Positions 61,791 through 64,000 of a DNA stretch of 64,000 nt are shown here, piece by piece; the first letter of the stretch is position 1, and the number at the start of each line of letters is the position of its first letter. Source of the stretch: Convolutriloba macropyga (taxonomy: Eukaryota); assembly GCF_964194025.1 (NCBI RefSeq), contig NC_134476.1:17360001-17424000 (forward strand), given 5' to 3'. The notes under the pieces were generated by a model, which searched no databases, was not told where the DNA came from, and saw only the letters and a list, made by a program, of their open reading frames with translations. The position numbers and the translations under genes were made by a program.

Positions 61791-64000
61791 ACATTAATTA
61801 CATCAAAAAATTTATGTCCGTTTTAAAAAAGAAAACTTAATAACAAAGTCAAAATAGCTTCAGATAAAACTGAAAATAAACAAAATAACTATTAGTCACC
61901 AGAAAAAATGGTTTTTCACCAGTTCATAATAAAGCTTGGTTACATTTAGACAAAAAAGAACAGAAACTTTAAAGTTAGAAAATTCGCTGAAATTAAAAAA
62001 AAACAATTAATTTCAAAGTAATGAAAACGATTAGGAGTCAACTAAAATATCCCATAGGTTTACAATTAACAATGCTTCTATAGAAGGGAATTCAGTACTC
62101 TTGGTATTCAATTTTTAATGCAGTTACAAAAAGAACAACAAATAGACAACAAACTAAAAATCAATTAAAACTTGCCAGAAAATGCTTTGGAAGCCGTAAA
62201 GCCATACTTTGGCCCCCAAAATATGTTCAATTACACCCTCGTTGAACACCAATACTGTATTATGTGGCTGCTCATTAATGAAAATAAGCAACAATTAGAC
62301 AAAAAATAAAAAATGCAAAAATATGTAATAATTGTTTTCTTTCGAAAAAATTTTTTTCCAAAGACATGAAAGCCATTAATTACAAAATGAAAAATATGAA
62401 TAGGTTCGTACAAGAGAAGCCCTTTAGACCTGCAATTATCCAGAATATGTCTTAGGTCTACAAAAAGATCGTCAATTATAGCAAAAATCAAAAATTCTAT
62501 TACTTTTTGTGAAAAACCCGTGTGGAAGCCAGTAAAGTCATAATGAATTCTCTTAAAACATTAGATTTTGTGACACCAATCCTTTTTGACACGTTCCCTT
62601 CAAATGTATTATGTGGCTTCTCATTAATGAAACAAGGTAACAATTAGACTAAAAAGAAAAAAGCAAGATTATGTAAACTTGTTTTTATCAAAAAAAAAAA
62701 CTTATTTCCAAAGACATGAAAGCCATTAATTACAAAATGAAAAAATTGAATAGGTTCGTTTATTATTCCAAAGGAAGCCATCAAGACCTGCAATTATCAA
62801 GAACATGTCCTACGTCTACAAAAAGAACGTCAAATATGACAAAAATCAAAAATTAATTTACTATTTTTTGTGAAAAACCCGTATCGAAGCCAGAAAATTC
62901 ATAACGAATTCTTGAAAAACATTAGATTTTGTGACACCAATCCATTTTGACACCTTCCGTTGACAATAATAATGTCATTTTTAACCTTTAATTAACGAGA
63001 CCAGGTAACAAACAGACAGTGAAAGGAACAAAATTGCAAAGTTGAAATAATTATTTTTTTCTTTATGGAAAACAATTGTTTTCAAAGTCATTAAAGCCGT
63101 TATCTATCTTCTAATATCAGAACGTCGGCTCATCTACTCTTCCAGAAAAAGCGAATCAATCCTGGTCATTGTACAGGAAAATAAATACGACTAAAAAGAT
63201 AAAGTAAAAACAACAGTTAAACGCAAAATTGAAAAATTCAATTTAAATTCTTCGAGAAAGTATTGTCGAAGAGGTAAAGAACCACAATCTATATCTTTGA
63301 GGATTTAAATATTATCAATTGTGCGTTTTTTTTTGGAACGCGAAAAATGTGATATATGAAATGACATAATCGTGATAATTTGACGAAATAAGAAAACATG
63401 AAAAATGGGCAAATACCTAAATTTTTTTAAAATTTTGTGAAATCTAGTAGTATCAAAGCCAGAAGAACATAACTTAAGGCGTAAAACCGCAATAAAGACC
63501 AAATTTGAATTCAGCAGAAACAAGGAGCACTCTTTGATTGCTGACACTAAGCTACAATTTGACCAACTTAAGAGAAAAATGGAGGCAAAGTTCAATATGC
63601 CATTTTTTATTTAAAAATCAAATATTTTAAAAGTAAAAACGACAATAAGCTTTCAAGCAATCGACTAGATAAATTAATTTTGAGCTTATTAGGAAGCCAC
63701 TAGGACCTATCACTAGTGAGCTTTGATTTGAAATGTTCTGTTTTTTAACTAATATAAAAAAGATCGAATTTTTTTTATAAAAAACTGACTGATGACAATA
63801 CGAATTATTTTTGGATTGTAACGATCCAAGACTAGTACAGAACAAATCCTGCTAATGCTGATTGTCCATTAGGAATATTTAATTTTTGGAATGTCATTGA
63901 TATAGATATTTTGTTTGTTAAAAAATCGAAAGTAAGTGCTGCGTTTTTGATAATCAACGAATAAAGTTAGCAAAAAACGGCAAAGTTTTATTTACAGAGC
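61501..64000. mobile_element. Third Helentron/DINE-1-like copy, cut by the window end
   Basis: Starts AACAAGGCGGCTCGGTAATGTGCGATCGCACATAAGGTTCCGACCCC and is colinear with 50445-52455. It contains a (CAA)n tract at ~61757-61790 and an internal duplication of ~62255-62590 at ~62605-62950. Confidence 0.88.

Overview
This is an AT-rich, repeat-dense animal (invertebrate) nuclear window with two N-gaps. It is not prokaryotic: there are no operons, rRNA, tRNA or CRISPR arrays. Two host genes are supportable. (1) A 4-exon aquaporin on + (41464-53520, about 317 aa, assembled here by hand) with an AQP4-like backbone but NPA/NPV boxes and a remodelled aromatic/arginine filter. (2) A PAN/apple-like plus C-type lectin ORF (24620-25456), followed by a tandemly duplicated, internally deleted pseudogene copy. 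The rest is mostly mobile DNA: a BEL/Pao gag running off the left edge (missed by the ORF track), an LTR-bounded but decayed, RT-less BEL/Pao element (32311-40874), CR1/L2-type LINE relics, three Helentron/DINE-1-like non-autonomous elements, and a ~174-bp tandem repeat. The most striking pattern is a set of about 10 non-autonomous elements or orphan ends that share one ~12-bp terminus (CCC[AG]GGTCGAGG-like). Three have clear 2-bp target-site duplications. Their internal minisatellites are unrelated in sequence but have periods clustering near 10-11, 20-22 and 32 bp. Identity values are by eye, and boundaries of degraded elements are approximate.
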